The notes beneath the pieces are model-generated. The model had not been told where the DNA came from, searched no databases, and saw nothing but the letters and a program-made list of their open reading frames with translations. From assembly GCA_947258755.1 (NCBI GenBank), contig CAMYJO010000003.1:50871-114870 (forward strand): a stretch of 64,000 nt of DNA. The letters run 5' to 3'. Below, piece by piece: positions 51,401 through 60,733 of this stretch. Both the position numbers and the translations under genes were made by a program. Position 1 is the first letter of the stretch. Each line of letters starts with the position of its first letter. The stretch comes from an uncultured Gammaproteobacteria bacterium. Its GTDB lineage: Bacteria > Pseudomonadota > Gammaproteobacteria > JAADHQ01.

Positions 51401-53126
51401 TCAACAAAAACTCCCATACCCTGACAACACCTGCATTTCTCATATGCAACAATACGCCATCGACGACAATGGTTGGCATATGTATATTGCTGAGCATGGG
51501 TTGTAGCGGATAATTACTGACCCGATCAATTTTTGTTTCATCAGTTACCCATGCAAGATGCTTTTTCAGTGTGACCGGATAGTCATTATCGGTCAATAAG
51601 CCATGCCATTGCTCCATCGCATTATGGTAACCGTAATATTTCTCCTTAAACCATAGCTGTTGAGGTATAGCATAGGCATAGTGTTGGAACACTAACCCAT
51701 GTTGTTCGGTTTCATCATGCATAAACGGATTGATTGACGCAACATTGACCTGCTCTGCATTATCATTTTCCATAACGAGAACAGGTGGTTCATGCGCCGC
51801 CCAGTACATACCAGGCTCAAATTTCCATGTCCGCAACCACTCAAATGACGGGTTTTGTGAATAGCAATGTCGCGTGCTGACAATGTTTTCCATGCCCACA
51901 AAAAACCAACACCAATAAAATGCAGCTGTTTTGTTCGGCTCGTCGATAAACATCTTTCTAGCTGTTGAAATTTGTTCAACAGTCCAAAGCTCATCAACAT
52001 CGACCTGCCATAACAAACACGTGGTCTTGATAGTGGATAATGGCGCATTGATCATCTCGCGCTTACCATCCCAGAAAACATTATCGGGTTTGCGGTAGAT
52101 ACTTACATTGTCAGGATAGGTAGCCTGCAGCCAATCCAGGTATTCTGTTGTGCCATCATTACTTCGGCCCTTTTCATGAATATCTTCGGTAATACCGCCG
52201 CCATTATGCAGGCCCCAGGCGGTATCGTGCTTAAGATCCGCAACACCCTCTATAATGTGCCAATGCCAACTAAATGGTAGCTGTAGAAATCTTTCAATAT
52301 GTTTAGATATATACGGTTCGCCATTCAGTACTATGGTAAAGAAGTGTACCGGCAGATCATCCTGGCCTGTTTTTTTGTCATTAATAGATACTTGCTCAGC
52401 TCTGGGCGAGGATGCTTCCACAACACTCGGAACAGATTCCTTGCCTATTAGTTTAAACACCGCAAAGCCATTTCTGGTGGTCCAGTTCTCCTGGATTAAT
52501 TCATAATGTTCGTCTTGTTTTAAGCGTTGATAATTTTCATAATTCTTGAACGCGTTGACATCATCAAGCAAGATATAATTAGCCCCGTAGACCTGATTGA
52601 GTTCTGCCTTTCCGGTAAACTCCGAGCCATCGATCAGCACTAGATCGAAGGTATCGATACCCGACAGGCGTTTAATCTTCTCAATACCGTTTTCATTTGC
52701 GTTATGTTCAAGGACATATCGCATGTCCTGATTCAGCCAGCCTATGACTTGCTCAACAGGGTACTGACTGATAGTTGTCTGGTATCTGCGGTGAAATTCA
52801 GCGACCTCTTCAGGCTTCGGAAATTGATCTATAGATACAGACGAAAGTTGATAACAATGGACAAATTCATCATTGGCATAACGCTGTTTCAAGGCATTTG
52901 CCCTTACTTCGGAAACCTCCATGCAATACATCGCTGGCTTTCCAGGATTAACGCGGGCGCCAGTGACAAAGGCCTCGGTACTGCCGCCACCGGCAGAAGA
53001 ACCGATTTCCAGTATCGTTGAAATCTCCTCTTTACGGGCGAGGTCTATAATCGCATAGTAAAATTCATCATCCTTGATTTCCGGCGGGATGATGTTATCC
53101 AGTTCTGATTTGCGTTCGTCCGACAT
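45420..53126 (-). CDS. Giant multidomain glycosyltransferase/methyltransferase (about 2570 aa): MTase - GT-A-like - GT4 - TPR - FkbM MTase - TPR - GT2 x3 - C-terminal GT-B-like
   Basis: A single uninterrupted ORF lies between fliC and flgL. The start was chosen at MSDERKSELD (ATG 53124-53126, AGAGAGGG RBS). The track's TTG start at 53201 overlaps the promoter box. Motifs include EIGSSAGGGSTE, YPSLYEGFGMPLLEAM, FkbM-like VGKVTFNISNN..DVQGAEY and SIIIPTKDK..VIDNQ..FLNNDT. Confidence 0.8.
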   Translation of the reverse strand: MSDERKSELDNIIPPEIKDDEFYYAIIDLARKEEISTILEIGSSAGGGSTEAFVTGARVNPGKPAMYCMEVSEVRANALKQRYANDEFVHCYQLSSVSIDQFPKPEEVAEFHRRYQTTISQYPVEQVIGWLNQDMRYVLEHNANENGIEKIKRLSGIDTFDLVLIDGSEFTGKAELNQVYGANYILLDDVNAFKNYENYQRLKQDEHYELIQENWTTRNGFAVFKLIGKESVPSVVEASSPRAEQVSINDKKTGQDDLPVHFFTIVLNGEPYISKHIERFLQLPFSWHWHIIEGVADLKHDTAWGLHNGGGITEDIHEKGRSNDGTTEYLDWLQATYPDNVSIYRKPDNVFWDGKREMINAPLSTIKTTCLLWQVDVDELWTVEQISTARKMFIDEPNKTAAFYWCWFFVGMENIVSTRHCYSQNPSFEWLRTWKFEPGMYWAAHEPPVLVMENDNAEQVNVASINPFMHDETEQHGLVFQHYAYAIPQQLWFKEKYYGYHNAMEQWHGLLTDNDYPVTLKKHLAWVTDETKIDRVSNYPLQPMLSNIHMPTIVVDGVLLHMRNAGVVRVWEFLLKSWLQSGFSRYVHVIDRGFTADRIRGINYIDAPAYTGCGEHDRRLLQDICDELEADVFVSTYYSHPVSTPSVLLVHDMIPEIFGWDMSSPVWKEKHQAIEYASAYMSVSNNTADDLYKYFPHVNNKPLYITYNGVGEHFRNSGEERCNAFRQKYGITKPFFMLVGRRENYKNAVQFFKAMELLENSEDFEIVCVGGDSELETELKECQHGSRVHVLSLPENDLVACYSAALALVYPSLYEGFGMPLLEAMSCECPIITCQAGSIPEVAGDAAYYVAANDVTAMLSALQDIQKPEYRKQLAIAGLRRAAHFSWDNMAKIASGLLMEMALQNIKGQTRLHNQALIADTNDSIEATSKHSLPGDEAKLAELNKFAEELYQSGNRQGALEKLNEALSISEHNVDTLNNLAVYYWEGDDASTALAYLGKAYALDQYNKYTVLNLTNLLMAMGEHADAINICQVYLDAKPDDEHVANAFKEITSSSADTNEPVQIEKIDDKVEDREEESNEGLNLRSLAANETLKAYMERAYIADNIKNIFFVGVHLFEEREWFFSLYKNMESIALFEPIPDVYKQLNQAFQYDSRVKVLPYAVSDRVGKVTFNISNNLYSSSLLPMKEHKNIFPDVDMRGEIEVDQVSLQHIIEHSDLEVPDMLYIDVQGAEYMVLTGIDRKLLANVKVIYTEASTVEMYEGARLLDDVVEYLHEDFVFIGFEDMMNTGVHGDALFVNRAFIDEFEASYNEAAKLNEQGEQAFYSSEVDQAHQCFIAAIESWPYNSEFYNNLGILAWQCQDLLTAVKYLRMGYGINPNDDVILKNLAEILKQSGQHEEASRLSATEAKINAQQDRSSSATRLSGTVVSAIVSTYASESFMRECLDDLLSQTIADNIEIVIVDANSPENEKSIVEEYQKQYSNIKYIRTPERIGIYEAWNIAVRNASGKYIISCSTNDRLHREACEQLMRALDDDLEVAIAYGNAFLTPVPHETFEENSVSGTYVWPKYEFNELLSRPMVGPHPMWRKSLHAELGYFDESYKAIGDQEFWLRVGEKYKLKRITKFTTLHWITDDSLSGDKTVSISELQRVHELYSRREQYRQWQKGHSIEEIDAQLMAERMQYTWSSRPAVTFVMYLSTGQEDMLRATMASLELSFYTGWTLKVISELPRPGMLNTSKGSIEWCQVVNDQDLDASLTSMTAMADNDWLSVILPGMEFEAHFLNTFVDHINLNNNIGFVYFDHDLIEADGSYQSPQLKPDFNYDYLLSSDYIGPVCMIKNAVLTEIGGLSRCFGLEHYDMLLKVLAHHDEKSILHIDNILYHVPTQLSRLDTHHYRKELVSDFLQTKKIKANIHDGYLQDTIRVEYLYDHSPLVSIIIPTKDKFDCITGCLNSLLERTQYQNYEVLVIDNQTTDVDSLAYLEDMHNIPDNHVRVLKYPEAFNYAAISNMAAAEANGDYLLFLNNDTKIIQDNWLDRMMSYAMREDVGVVGARLAYPETSDIQHAGVVLGMDGVAGHPYLGNADIKQGGYMGRLQVDQNYSAVTGACMLVKKSVYDAVDGMDAENLKVSYNDVDLCLKIRETGHRIVWTPFATLLHYGNASQIDRAHEQRKQHEDGFRAECQYMMSTWMSEIANDPAYNRHLSLINNSYQVETGVIINWDPVFQDREKIIGMPLFGGSGEYRIRGPLRQIAKAGLAQTECTHAYRFNEQRILRLTELARSGADTVISHAGIAKNSLVTLEEYKKYLDVFKVFTLDDLITNVPEGNNFRKAIPSEPRKRLRNALGFCDRLIVSTEPLADLCHNMINDIQVLPNCLEDDVWAELTSKRGRSNKPRVGWAGAQQHADDLAFIIDVVKETAHEVDWVFFGMCPEEIKDDIAEEHEFVLSFTGYAEKLASLDLDVAIAPLAQHPFNEAKSNLRLLEYGILGWPVICTDIYPYQNAPVKHVQNKKEAWIEAIRERIYDLDAAYQEGDVLQKWVRDNFMLSSNIDAWARALNIKGMDSQHTHARSAVK

Positions 53127-53182
53127 CTGGCCCTCTCTTTGATAGCCTGTTATTTGTCTCATTTTTTCGTGTTTTGATACGA

Positions 53183-53198
53183 TGCAAGAATTGATCCA
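53183..53198 (-). promoter_or_regulatory. Sigma54-like promoter for the giant GT/MT gene (TGGATC-N5-TTGCA)
   Basis: The reverse complement of tgcaagaattgatcca is TGGATCAATTCTTGCA. The -12 element is perfect and the -24 element has two mismatches. It lies about 55 nt upstream of the chosen ATG. Confidence 0.45.
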
Positions 53199-53387
53199 CA
53201 ATATAAATAATCTATAATTACAATTACTTATAATTTTTAAGATCGTGTGACTATCAATGACGCCGGTTTTTTGTCACCGCAAAACCAACACGTTAAACAA
53301 TCGATGGATGAACTTTTTGAGTATCGCAAGAAATCACTTATACGTGCTGATTGTGCCCAGCAGGGGCATAAAGCCGTCTATACAGTC

Positions 53388-54281
53388 TTAGAGGAAGTTA
53401 AATAGAGAGAGGCCTTGTACACGCACATAGGACTGCTGTGCCGCTTCAAGACCTGCACGTCTCAAATTGAGTTCAGTAATGGCCTCTGCCAGGTCCAGAT
53501 CTTCCAGATCAGATAATAACTCCTTACTCTGAACGACAACGCCTTCATTGACATTATTTTGCACATCCACTGATTTCAGACGTGCGCCTGTCCTTGACCT
53601 GAAGTTCGATAAATTCTCCATCACTGCATCAATCTGCTCAAGATCAGTCCCTGATTGCGTATCAGACTCAAGATTAACGGCGAGGTTATAAATGGCACTG
53701 AAGGCATTTTCTGACGTATTTTCGACATTAAAGAACAGGTCAAAGCCATTATCACTGTCTTCTATATTCCGGCTTGGTCCAATTGCAACCCGCCTTTGTC
53801 CCTGATCACCGGCATAACTGTAGCTACCACTACCATTGTCACTAACCGGCGCAACTTCGCCATTAAAGCCGGAAAACAGGTATTCACCACTAACATCCTT
53901 GCGTCCGGACAGACTGATGATTTCATCCAGATGCTGACGTATCTCTGCCGCAATTGCATCGCGATTCTCCTGTCCCTGGGTATCATTCAGTCCCTGCACC
54001 GCGAGTTCCCTGATGCGCTGATAGACATCAACCATACTGGTCAATGTAATATCCTGGGACTCCAGGCGTGCCTGGACCATATCGGCGTTGCGCTGATACT
54101 GTTCGTTAATCTCCACGACCTGGCGTAAATCGAGAATCCGTGCCGATCCGGCTGGATCTTCTGAAGGTGTTAATATCCGTCGGCCTGTTGAAACCCTTTG
54201 CTGAATATCACTAAGGCGTTCCTGCTGTTGTAACATCCTGCTGACGCTTTCCATCTGGAATTGTGCTGTTGAGACTCTCAT
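53388..54281 (-). CDS. flgL: Hook-filament junction protein FlgL
   Basis: The 297-aa ORF has flagellin-like N- and C-terminal helices. Confidence 0.9.
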   Translation of the reverse strand: MRVSTAQFQMESVSRMLQQQERLSDIQQRVSTGRRILTPSEDPAGSARILDLRQVVEINEQYQRNADMVQARLESQDITLTSMVDVYQRIRELAVQGLNDTQGQENRDAIAAEIRQHLDEIISLSGRKDVSGEYLFSGFNGEVAPVSDNGSGSYSYAGDQGQRRVAIGPSRNIEDSDNGFDLFFNVENTSENAFSAIYNLAVNLESDTQSGTDLEQIDAVMENLSNFRSRTGARLKSVDVQNNVNEGVVVQSKELLSDLEDLDLAEAITELNLRRAGLEAAQQSYVRVQGLSLFNFL

Positions 54282-54284
54282 AAT

Positions 54285-56252
54285 TTACCTCGATACTGCA
54301 CCCAACAGGGTCTGAAATAACTGATCTGCTGTAGTAATAACACGGGCTACTGCCTGGTAGGCCTGTTGAAACCTGATCAGGTCAGCCGCTTCCTCGTCAA
54401 GGTTTACCCCTGATTTTTCTTGCTGTGATGAGACGGTACGATCAAACAGAACTTGATTGGCATCCCTTGCAAACTCGGCGCGGCTGGTCTTGACACCGAT
54501 TTCAGAAACCAATTCAGAATAGGCCTCCTGATAATTGGCACTACTATTACCAATCTGTTTTTGCTCCTGCAAAGCAATCATCGCCAGCATATTTCGATTA
54601 TCACTCGAGCCATTACTATTGATATCGATATTGATGACATCACCATTGGCAGGTGTGCCAGTCACTGTAAACTGATAATCACCGACACCAGCCAGGTTTA
54701 CCTGGTATTGTATACCGTTATCTGTCGCCGGATTATAGGCAATAGTGGCGGCTGCCGGGGTGGTCGCTGCAGCAGGGCTGGCAATGAACTGATTTGTGGC
54801 ACTGTTAAAGGTAAAACTTATCGTACCAGTCGGTAATGAACCCGTGCCGGTCAATAATATATCGTTATCAAATTTGGCATTACCACTATTCGAGGCGGCT
54901 CTGCTGGTCAGCAAGGGTGAAGCAGCGGCAATCTTATTGGTATCGCTCAGGACTACACTCATGTTTTCCGACGCCTTGCTAACCGGGGAAATCATAAAAC
55001 TATCACCGACCGCAATGCTCGAACCGGCAGTTAATGCCAGGCTGAAGCCCTCGCTTGCACTGACCGCAGTAGATAGTGCTGCCAAACTACCGGCCGTGGC
55101 AACTTCGGTATTATCACTAATACGGGTCAGGCTATAGGTGCCACCTGATCTGTAATCGAGACGATAATCACTGGCCTTAAGTAAATTTGTATCGGTTACG
55201 GTAGCACTATAGACATGATCAGTGGCTGTCGCGTTATTACTACTGCTGCGACTCGTCGATGTAGTCAGATCACTGAAAAAATCCGAGCCGAATGTATTGT
55301 CCAGCGTATAACCAAGCTTGTGTTGCGTATTCATGTCCGCAGACAAAGACAGCGCCAGTCGGCCGAGTTGATTATATGCCGGATTTAACATCTCATCTCT
55401 AAAAGCCAGTGCCCCACCCAGCCTGCCACCGCTTATTTGGTCCGTAATATTGACAATCGACGTTCCAACCGCCAGACCAACCTCCAGGCGAGAACCATCA
55501 AAAACATTATTGGCGACAGCCAAAGACTGACTTTGCGTGCCAACAACAAGGCTGTGCCCTTTGCCTATAAAGACATTCATTGAGCCATCGTCCTGTTCAA
55601 CGGTATTCACGCTCACCAGTTCAGCCAGCTTATTGATCAGAGTCTGGCGTTGATCGAGCAGATCATTGGCCTCGACGTTAGGCCCGGCACCTTGGGTAAT
55701 CAATATACTTTTATTGAGTTTGGCAATGGACTCGGCATAGCTATTGATCTGATTGATGGCCGTGGAAACTTCCAGGTTTATACCATTCTCCAGGTCATTC
55801 AATCGTGCATGCGTACCATTGAATACTGTTGTCAGGGTCTCAGCTTCGCTCAGCACAACCTGACGTACAGGAGTAGAACTCGGGTCTGTTGACAAATCAT
55901 GCAATGATTTAAAATAGGATTGCAATGCCGGAGACAGACCAACCTGGGAATCGGCCAGCATATTATCAAGATCACTAGCAAAGGCATGCATGATTTCCTG
56001 CTGCTTGTACAGTGATGTATTATTAGTTAGTTGTGACTCGATAAACTGGTCATAAGCGCGAGTAACACCGGCAATCTGCACACCACTGCCTTCAAAGCCT
56101 GCGCCATTAAATTGCGGTGGCAAGGTAGACAATTCAACACTCTGTCGTCGATAACCCTCAGTGTTGACATTACTGATATTATGACTGGTAGCAGACAATG
56201 ATCGCTGATATGCCAGCAAGCCATTAACACCTATATTGAGTAAATCCGCCAT
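54285..56252 (-). CDS. flgK: Hook-filament junction protein FlgK
   Basis: The 655-aa ORF has the N-terminus MADLLNIGVNGLLAYQRSL. Confidence 0.95.
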   Translation of the reverse strand: MADLLNIGVNGLLAYQRSLSATSHNISNVNTEGYRRQSVELSTLPPQFNGAGFEGSGVQIAGVTRAYDQFIESQLTNNTSLYKQQEIMHAFASDLDNMLADSQVGLSPALQSYFKSLHDLSTDPSSTPVRQVVLSEAETLTTVFNGTHARLNDLENGINLEVSTAINQINSYAESIAKLNKSILITQGAGPNVEANDLLDQRQTLINKLAELVSVNTVEQDDGSMNVFIGKGHSLVVGTQSQSLAVANNVFDGSRLEVGLAVGTSIVNITDQISGGRLGGALAFRDEMLNPAYNQLGRLALSLSADMNTQHKLGYTLDNTFGSDFFSDLTTSTSRSSSNNATATDHVYSATVTDTNLLKASDYRLDYRSGGTYSLTRISDNTEVATAGSLAALSTAVSASEGFSLALTAGSSIAVGDSFMISPVSKASENMSVVLSDTNKIAAASPLLTSRAASNSGNAKFDNDILLTGTGSLPTGTISFTFNSATNQFIASPAAATTPAAATIAYNPATDNGIQYQVNLAGVGDYQFTVTGTPANGDVINIDINSNGSSDNRNMLAMIALQEQKQIGNSSANYQEAYSELVSEIGVKTSRAEFARDANQVLFDRTVSSQQEKSGVNLDEEAADLIRFQQAYQAVARVITTADQLFQTLLGAVSR

Positions 56253-56261
56253 AACGCTGTC

Positions 56262-57218
56262 TTATATGCCCCGCATCGTTGCTGAGTTGAAGAAATTTCC
56301 AAATTCCTTACTATTCATAATCTTCAAGACCTTGCTTGAGTAGTGTGGATCAGTGGCATAGCCGGCTTGTTGTAATGACTTCATATAAGCCTCGGGATCC
56401 TGCAAGTTCTTCAGTGCATGCTGGTAACGCTGATTACCTTTAACGAAATCGATATAGTCCTTGACGCTTTCCCTAATAGAGTTATAAGAACGAAAACCTT
56501 CCCGGGATTGGTACATGGCGCCATCCTTGAACTCCAGGGTATTGGCAATCACTTCATCGCCCTGCCATTGACGCCCGGACTTGATACCGAATAGATTGAA
56601 ACTGCTGTCACCTTTTACAGTTTTGGCGATATGTTTACCCCAGCCTGTTTCCAGTGCTGCCTGCGCAATCAGTACTTTTGGATCAAATCCATTTTTCGTA
56701 ATCACATCGCTGGCGACATTCCAGACAGTCTGCATGAATTCAACCGGGCTTCCGAATTTAATACCAGCGTGCTCCGCTTGAGCTTTCTTGATTGTGTCTG
56801 AATTAGTTTCGTTGTGCGGCTGTATTATCATGTCCGCATCCGCAGTTTTGCTAGTAGCCATATTAGAAACAGCAGGCAGTCCATCCGGCACCCTGCCAGC
56901 AGTATTTGTTAATTTGTCAGCAATGCCTGGTTGCGCCATCATGAGCTTGGCCAGGCCAATACCACCGCGTTCTGACAGATTCATGGCGACTTGTTTATCA
57001 AACAAGTCATAGTACATCGCTTTATCATTGCCATATTCTTCATCAACCTGAACAGTCTTACGCATACCGGATAGCATCATTTGCAGAAAAATAGCCTCAA
57101 ACTGCTTTGCGACCTTTTCAATAGCTTCCTGATCACCCGCCTTCACTTGTCCTTTTAATGCCTTTAGTGAAGACATTTCAGTATAGACATTGGCATTTTG
57201 TGCGATGGCATTTGACAT
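56262..57218 (-). CDS. flgJ: Rod assembly protein/muramidase FlgJ
   Basis: It has an N-terminal rod-binding domain and a C-terminal glucosaminidase domain. Confidence 0.9.
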   Translation of the reverse strand: MSNAIAQNANVYTEMSSLKALKGQVKAGDQEAIEKVAKQFEAIFLQMMLSGMRKTVQVDEEYGNDKAMYYDLFDKQVAMNLSERGGIGLAKLMMAQPGIADKLTNTAGRVPDGLPAVSNMATSKTADADMIIQPHNETNSDTIKKAQAEHAGIKFGSPVEFMQTVWNVASDVITKNGFDPKVLIAQAALETGWGKHIAKTVKGDSSFNLFGIKSGRQWQGDEVIANTLEFKDGAMYQSREGFRSYNSIRESVKDYIDFVKGNQRYQHALKNLQDPEAYMKSLQQAGYATDPHYSSKVLKIMNSKEFGNFFNSATMRGI

Positions 57219-57242
57219 AGTCTTAACTCAACTCGAAGTAAC

Positions 57243-58346
57243 CTAGATTACTATCAAGTCCGCACGCAAGGCACCAGCCTGCTTGAGGGCTTCCAGTATC
57301 GCGATCAGATCGCCCGGGGCGGCACCTACCTGGTTAACAGCACGGACAATTTCATCCAGCTTGACGCCTGGATTAAAAAGGAACATGCGGTTATTATCCT
57401 GTTTAAACTGAATATCGGTTTGTGGTACGACTACAGTTTCGCCATCCGAAAACGGTGCAGGTTGACTGACCCCCGTGGTCTCGGTAATAGTCACAGTCAA
57501 GCTACCATGGGTCACCGCTGCCGGCATGACCTTGACATGATTTCCAATAACGATGGTACCGGTGCGTGAATTGACAATGATCCTCGCCGGTGCTTCCGCA
57601 GGAATAACATTGATATTTTCCAACAGTGATACAAACGCAACACGTTGTGCAGCATCTTTCGGTGAGCTAACTTTGATTGAAGTCGCATCCATTGGTTTGG
57701 CGATTCCCGGGCCAATCACCTGATTGATGGATTTAGAGACCCTGTTGGCCGTTGTAAAATCGGAAGTATTCAGATTCAGAACAATCGAGTCTCCATGTAG
57801 AAATGCATTGTCGACAGTCCTTTCAACGGTTGCACCATTGGGAACACGGCCGACACTGGGCACATTGACCGAAACGCGTGAGCCATCATTACCGGAAACA
57901 CCAAAACCGCCGACCACCAGGTTACCCTGGGCGACGGCATAAACGCGACCATCGGCCCCTTTTAGCGGCGTCATCAACAAGCTGCCACCTTTAAGGCTCT
58001 TGGCATCACCGAGTGAAGAAACAGTAATATCAATAGTCTGACCGGGTTTGATGAAGGCGGGCAATGTCGCATGGACTGCCACGGCTGCTATATTTTTGGA
58101 TTGCGTATTAACATTGGCAGGCACGGTGATGCCAAAACGATTCAGCATGTTCTTCAGACTTTGCTGCGTGAACCCAGTCTTACCGCCTGTGCCATCCAGG
58201 CCCACGACCAGTCCATAACCTAATAATTGATTAGTGCGCACACCGGCTATAGACACCAGGTCCTTGATGCGCTCGGCTGAAGCATTGATTGAAATAATCG
58301 CTATCAGCAGTGACAGGACTAATTTAGCTCGTAGATGATATGTCAT
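57243..58346 (-). CDS. flgI: P-ring protein FlgI
   Basis: The start was chosen at [24 protein letters not shown] (signal peptide). The track ORF extends 5'. Confidence 0.9.
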   Translation of the reverse strand: MTYHLRAKLVLSLLIAIISINASAERIKDLVSIAGVRTNQLLGYGLVVGLDGTGGKTGFTQQSLKNMLNRFGITVPANVNTQSKNIAAVAVHATLPAFIKPGQTIDITVSSLGDAKSLKGGSLLMTPLKGADGRVYAVAQGNLVVGGFGVSGNDGSRVSVNVPSVGRVPNGATVERTVDNAFLHGDSIVLNLNTSDFTTANRVSKSINQVIGPGIAKPMDATSIKVSSPKDAAQRVAFVSLLENINVIPAEAPARIIVNSRTGTIVIGNHVKVMPAAVTHGSLTVTITETTGVSQPAPFSDGETVVVPQTDIQFKQDNNRMFLFNPGVKLDEIVRAVNQVGAAPGDLIAILEALKQAGALRADLIVI

Positions 58347-58362
58347 TATTTGCCCTGCCTTA

Positions 58363-59061
58363 TTAGAATGGCCAGTACTTGCCGTTAAAGAACCTGGCAA
58401 GCCAACCCATTCTGTTGGAATCAGAAATAGCACCTTCTCCACTGTATAAAATTCTAGCATCGGCAAGCAGAGTCGAAGGCACAGTGTTATTGACCGCGAT
58501 ATCCATTGGCCTGACAATGCCACTGATCTGGATATATTCATCGCCCTGGTTCAGGTACATACGTTTCTGCCCACGTACAAACAGGTTGCCATTCGGATAA
58601 ACCTCGGCCACTGTCACTGAAATAGTACCGTTAAGGGCATTACTCTGTTCACTGTCGCCTTCACCGGTGAATTCCTGCGAGCTATCGACATTGGCGCCAA
58701 GAACATTGCGTCCACCGATGGTTACGCCACCACCGAAAACACTGGGTGTACCCATGTTGACGTCAGTTTCTTTCTTGGTAGTAGTGGTTGCCTTCTTTTT
58801 GGCGTTAGTACTTTCTGACAGTACAATCGTCAAAATATCGCCAACCCTTCTCGCCTTGTGGTCTTCGAAAATAAAGCTGCTGGCCTGGCCACGATAAATG
58901 GAGCCGATACTGCTATGTGTAGTTTTGACAGCAACAGGTTGAGTAGCCGTAAAGCTGTTTTTACTGATTTTTTCCTCATTCATGGCACAGCCGGTCAACT
59001 GCATCAATGCAGTGACCACCACCAACACAAGTCCGGCTTGTCTACTATTGCTGTTTTTCAT
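58363..59061 (-). CDS. flgH: L-ring lipoprotein FlgH
   Basis: The start was chosen at [25 protein letters not shown] (lipobox LTGC). Confidence 0.9.
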   Translation of the reverse strand: MKNSNSRQAGLVLVVVTALMQLTGCAMNEEKISKNSFTATQPVAVKTTHSSIGSIYRGQASSFIFEDHKARRVGDILTIVLSESTNAKKKATTTTKKETDVNMGTPSVFGGGVTIGGRNVLGANVDSSQEFTGEGDSEQSNALNGTISVTVAEVYPNGNLFVRGQKRMYLNQGDEYIQISGIVRPMDIAVNNTVPSTLLADARILYSGEGAISDSNRMGWLARFFNGKYWPF

Positions 59062-59119
59062 ACGCTGAATCCTGACAATAATTTCATGATAATGAGAAAT
59101 AATGCGATTATCGTGCCAA

Positions 59120-59905
59120 CTACAATTGTTGTGACGCGAACTGCAACATATCATCCGTTGTCGAAATCGCCTTGGAATTCATTTCGTAGGCCCTTTGTGC
59201 CTCGATCATATTCACCAGTTCTTCAACTACATTGACATTGGAACTCTCCAGAAACCCCTGACTCAGAGTACCCAGGCCTGATGAAGCGGGAGCCGCGGTC
59301 TGTGGTGTGCCACTGGCGACGGATTCCTTGTACAGATTCTCACCGACGGCTTCAAGACCGGCTGGATTGATAAAATCAGCCAATTGCAAGGTTCCTAGTG
59401 TCGTTGGTGTTGATGTACCGGCCACCAGGGCCTCAACAACACCATCATTGCCAATCGTCACACTGACCGTATTTGCCGGCACGGTCAGGCCAGGCTGCAA
59501 ACTATAGCCGCTTGAGGTCACTATCTGCCCCTGTGAATCAGTCTGAAAGGAACCATTACGCGTATAGGCTGTGGTTCCATCCGGCATTGTTATCTGGAAG
59601 AAACCTCGTCCCTGGATGGCAATATCGAGATTATTTTCGGTATTAATCATATTACCCTGGGCATGGATCTTCTGTGTTGCCACCGTCCGCACACCGGCGC
59701 CCAGGGACAGGCCTGATGGCAACTGCGTCTCTTGTGAAGACTGCCCGCCAACCTGACGAATGTTTTGATAGAGCAGATCTTCAAATACTGCCCTGCCACG
59801 TTTAAAACCATTTGTATTAACGTTGGCAAGGTTATTGGATATAACCGCCATACGTTTTTGCTGGGCATCAACACCCGTTTTAGCTATCCATAGTGCCGGT
59901 TCCAT
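59120..59905 (-). CDS. flgG: Distal rod protein FlgG
   Basis: The 261-aa ORF has a GGAGG RBS. Confidence 0.95.
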   Translation of the reverse strand: MEPALWIAKTGVDAQQKRMAVISNNLANVNTNGFKRGRAVFEDLLYQNIRQVGGQSSQETQLPSGLSLGAGVRTVATQKIHAQGNMINTENNLDIAIQGRGFFQITMPDGTTAYTRNGSFQTDSQGQIVTSSGYSLQPGLTVPANTVSVTIGNDGVVEALVAGTSTPTTLGTLQLADFINPAGLEAVGENLYKESVASGTPQTAAPASSGLGTLSQGFLESSNVNVVEELVNMIEAQRAYEMNSKAISTTDDMLQFASQQL

Positions 59906-59931
59906 AGTCTACCTCCAGGTATTTAATTTGT

Positions 59932-60690
59932 TTAGCCTAATGACATTAATTTTGTTGAAGTACTATCGTTTTGTTTAGACTCTTTCATGATCTTGCTTTG
60001 CATTTCGAAACTGCGTGCCAATTCGATCATCTCTATCATCGCTTCAATGACATTGACATTGCTCCCTTCGGTGTATCCGGAAGCAAGCTTTACCGAAGCA
60101 TCAGCATCTATAATGGTAACCGCCGGGTCCTTGTGATAGAAAAGTCCATCATTACCCTTGGTCAATGATTGATGCTCAGGTTTAACCAGCTTGATTCTGT
60201 CGATGACAGCCAGTGACGCTGAAGACTGGCCAACAGGGATGACAGACACGGTACCATCTTCGCCAATTTCAACTTTACTCGATGGCGGTATACTTATCGG
60301 CCCGCCATTACCGATAATCTGGCGACCCGCAGCATTCATTAACAGGCCATTTTGACTAATCTGTAAATTACCTGCGCGCGTATAGCCTTCACGGCCATCA
60401 CTTGACTGCACAGCAATGAAGCCATCACCCTTGATTGCAACATCGAGATCATTGCCCGTAGCAATAATAGAGCCTTCAGAAAAATCAGTGCCGCCAGAAA
60501 CGTTTTTATCCTGGCTAACAGAATAGAATCTGCTTTGCTGACCAGGTCCGTATACCTGTTCATCCTTGAACGCCTGTAGATCTGCCCTAAAGCCCGTTGT
60601 GCTGACATTAGCCAGATTATGAGAATTTATAGCCTGCGCTCTCATAGTCTGCTTTAGCCCTGACATCGAAATATAAAGCATCTTATCCAT
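59932..60690 (-). CDS. flgF: Proximal rod protein FlgF
   Basis: The 252-aa ORF has an N-terminal SGLKQTMRAQAINSHNLANV and belongs to the rod-protein family. Confidence 0.9.
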   Translation of the reverse strand: MDKMLYISMSGLKQTMRAQAINSHNLANVSTTGFRADLQAFKDEQVYGPGQQSRFYSVSQDKNVSGGTDFSEGSIIATGNDLDVAIKGDGFIAVQSSDGREGYTRAGNLQISQNGLLMNAAGRQIIGNGGPISIPPSSKVEIGEDGTVSVIPVGQSSASLAVIDRIKLVKPEHQSLTKGNDGLFYHKDPAVTIIDADASVKLASGYTEGSNVNVIEAMIEMIELARSFEMQSKIMKESKQNDSTSTKLMSLG

Positions 60691-60733
60691 TACAGTCTCC
60701 CAGTACCCTTTTCGCTAAACAGAATCACGTTGA

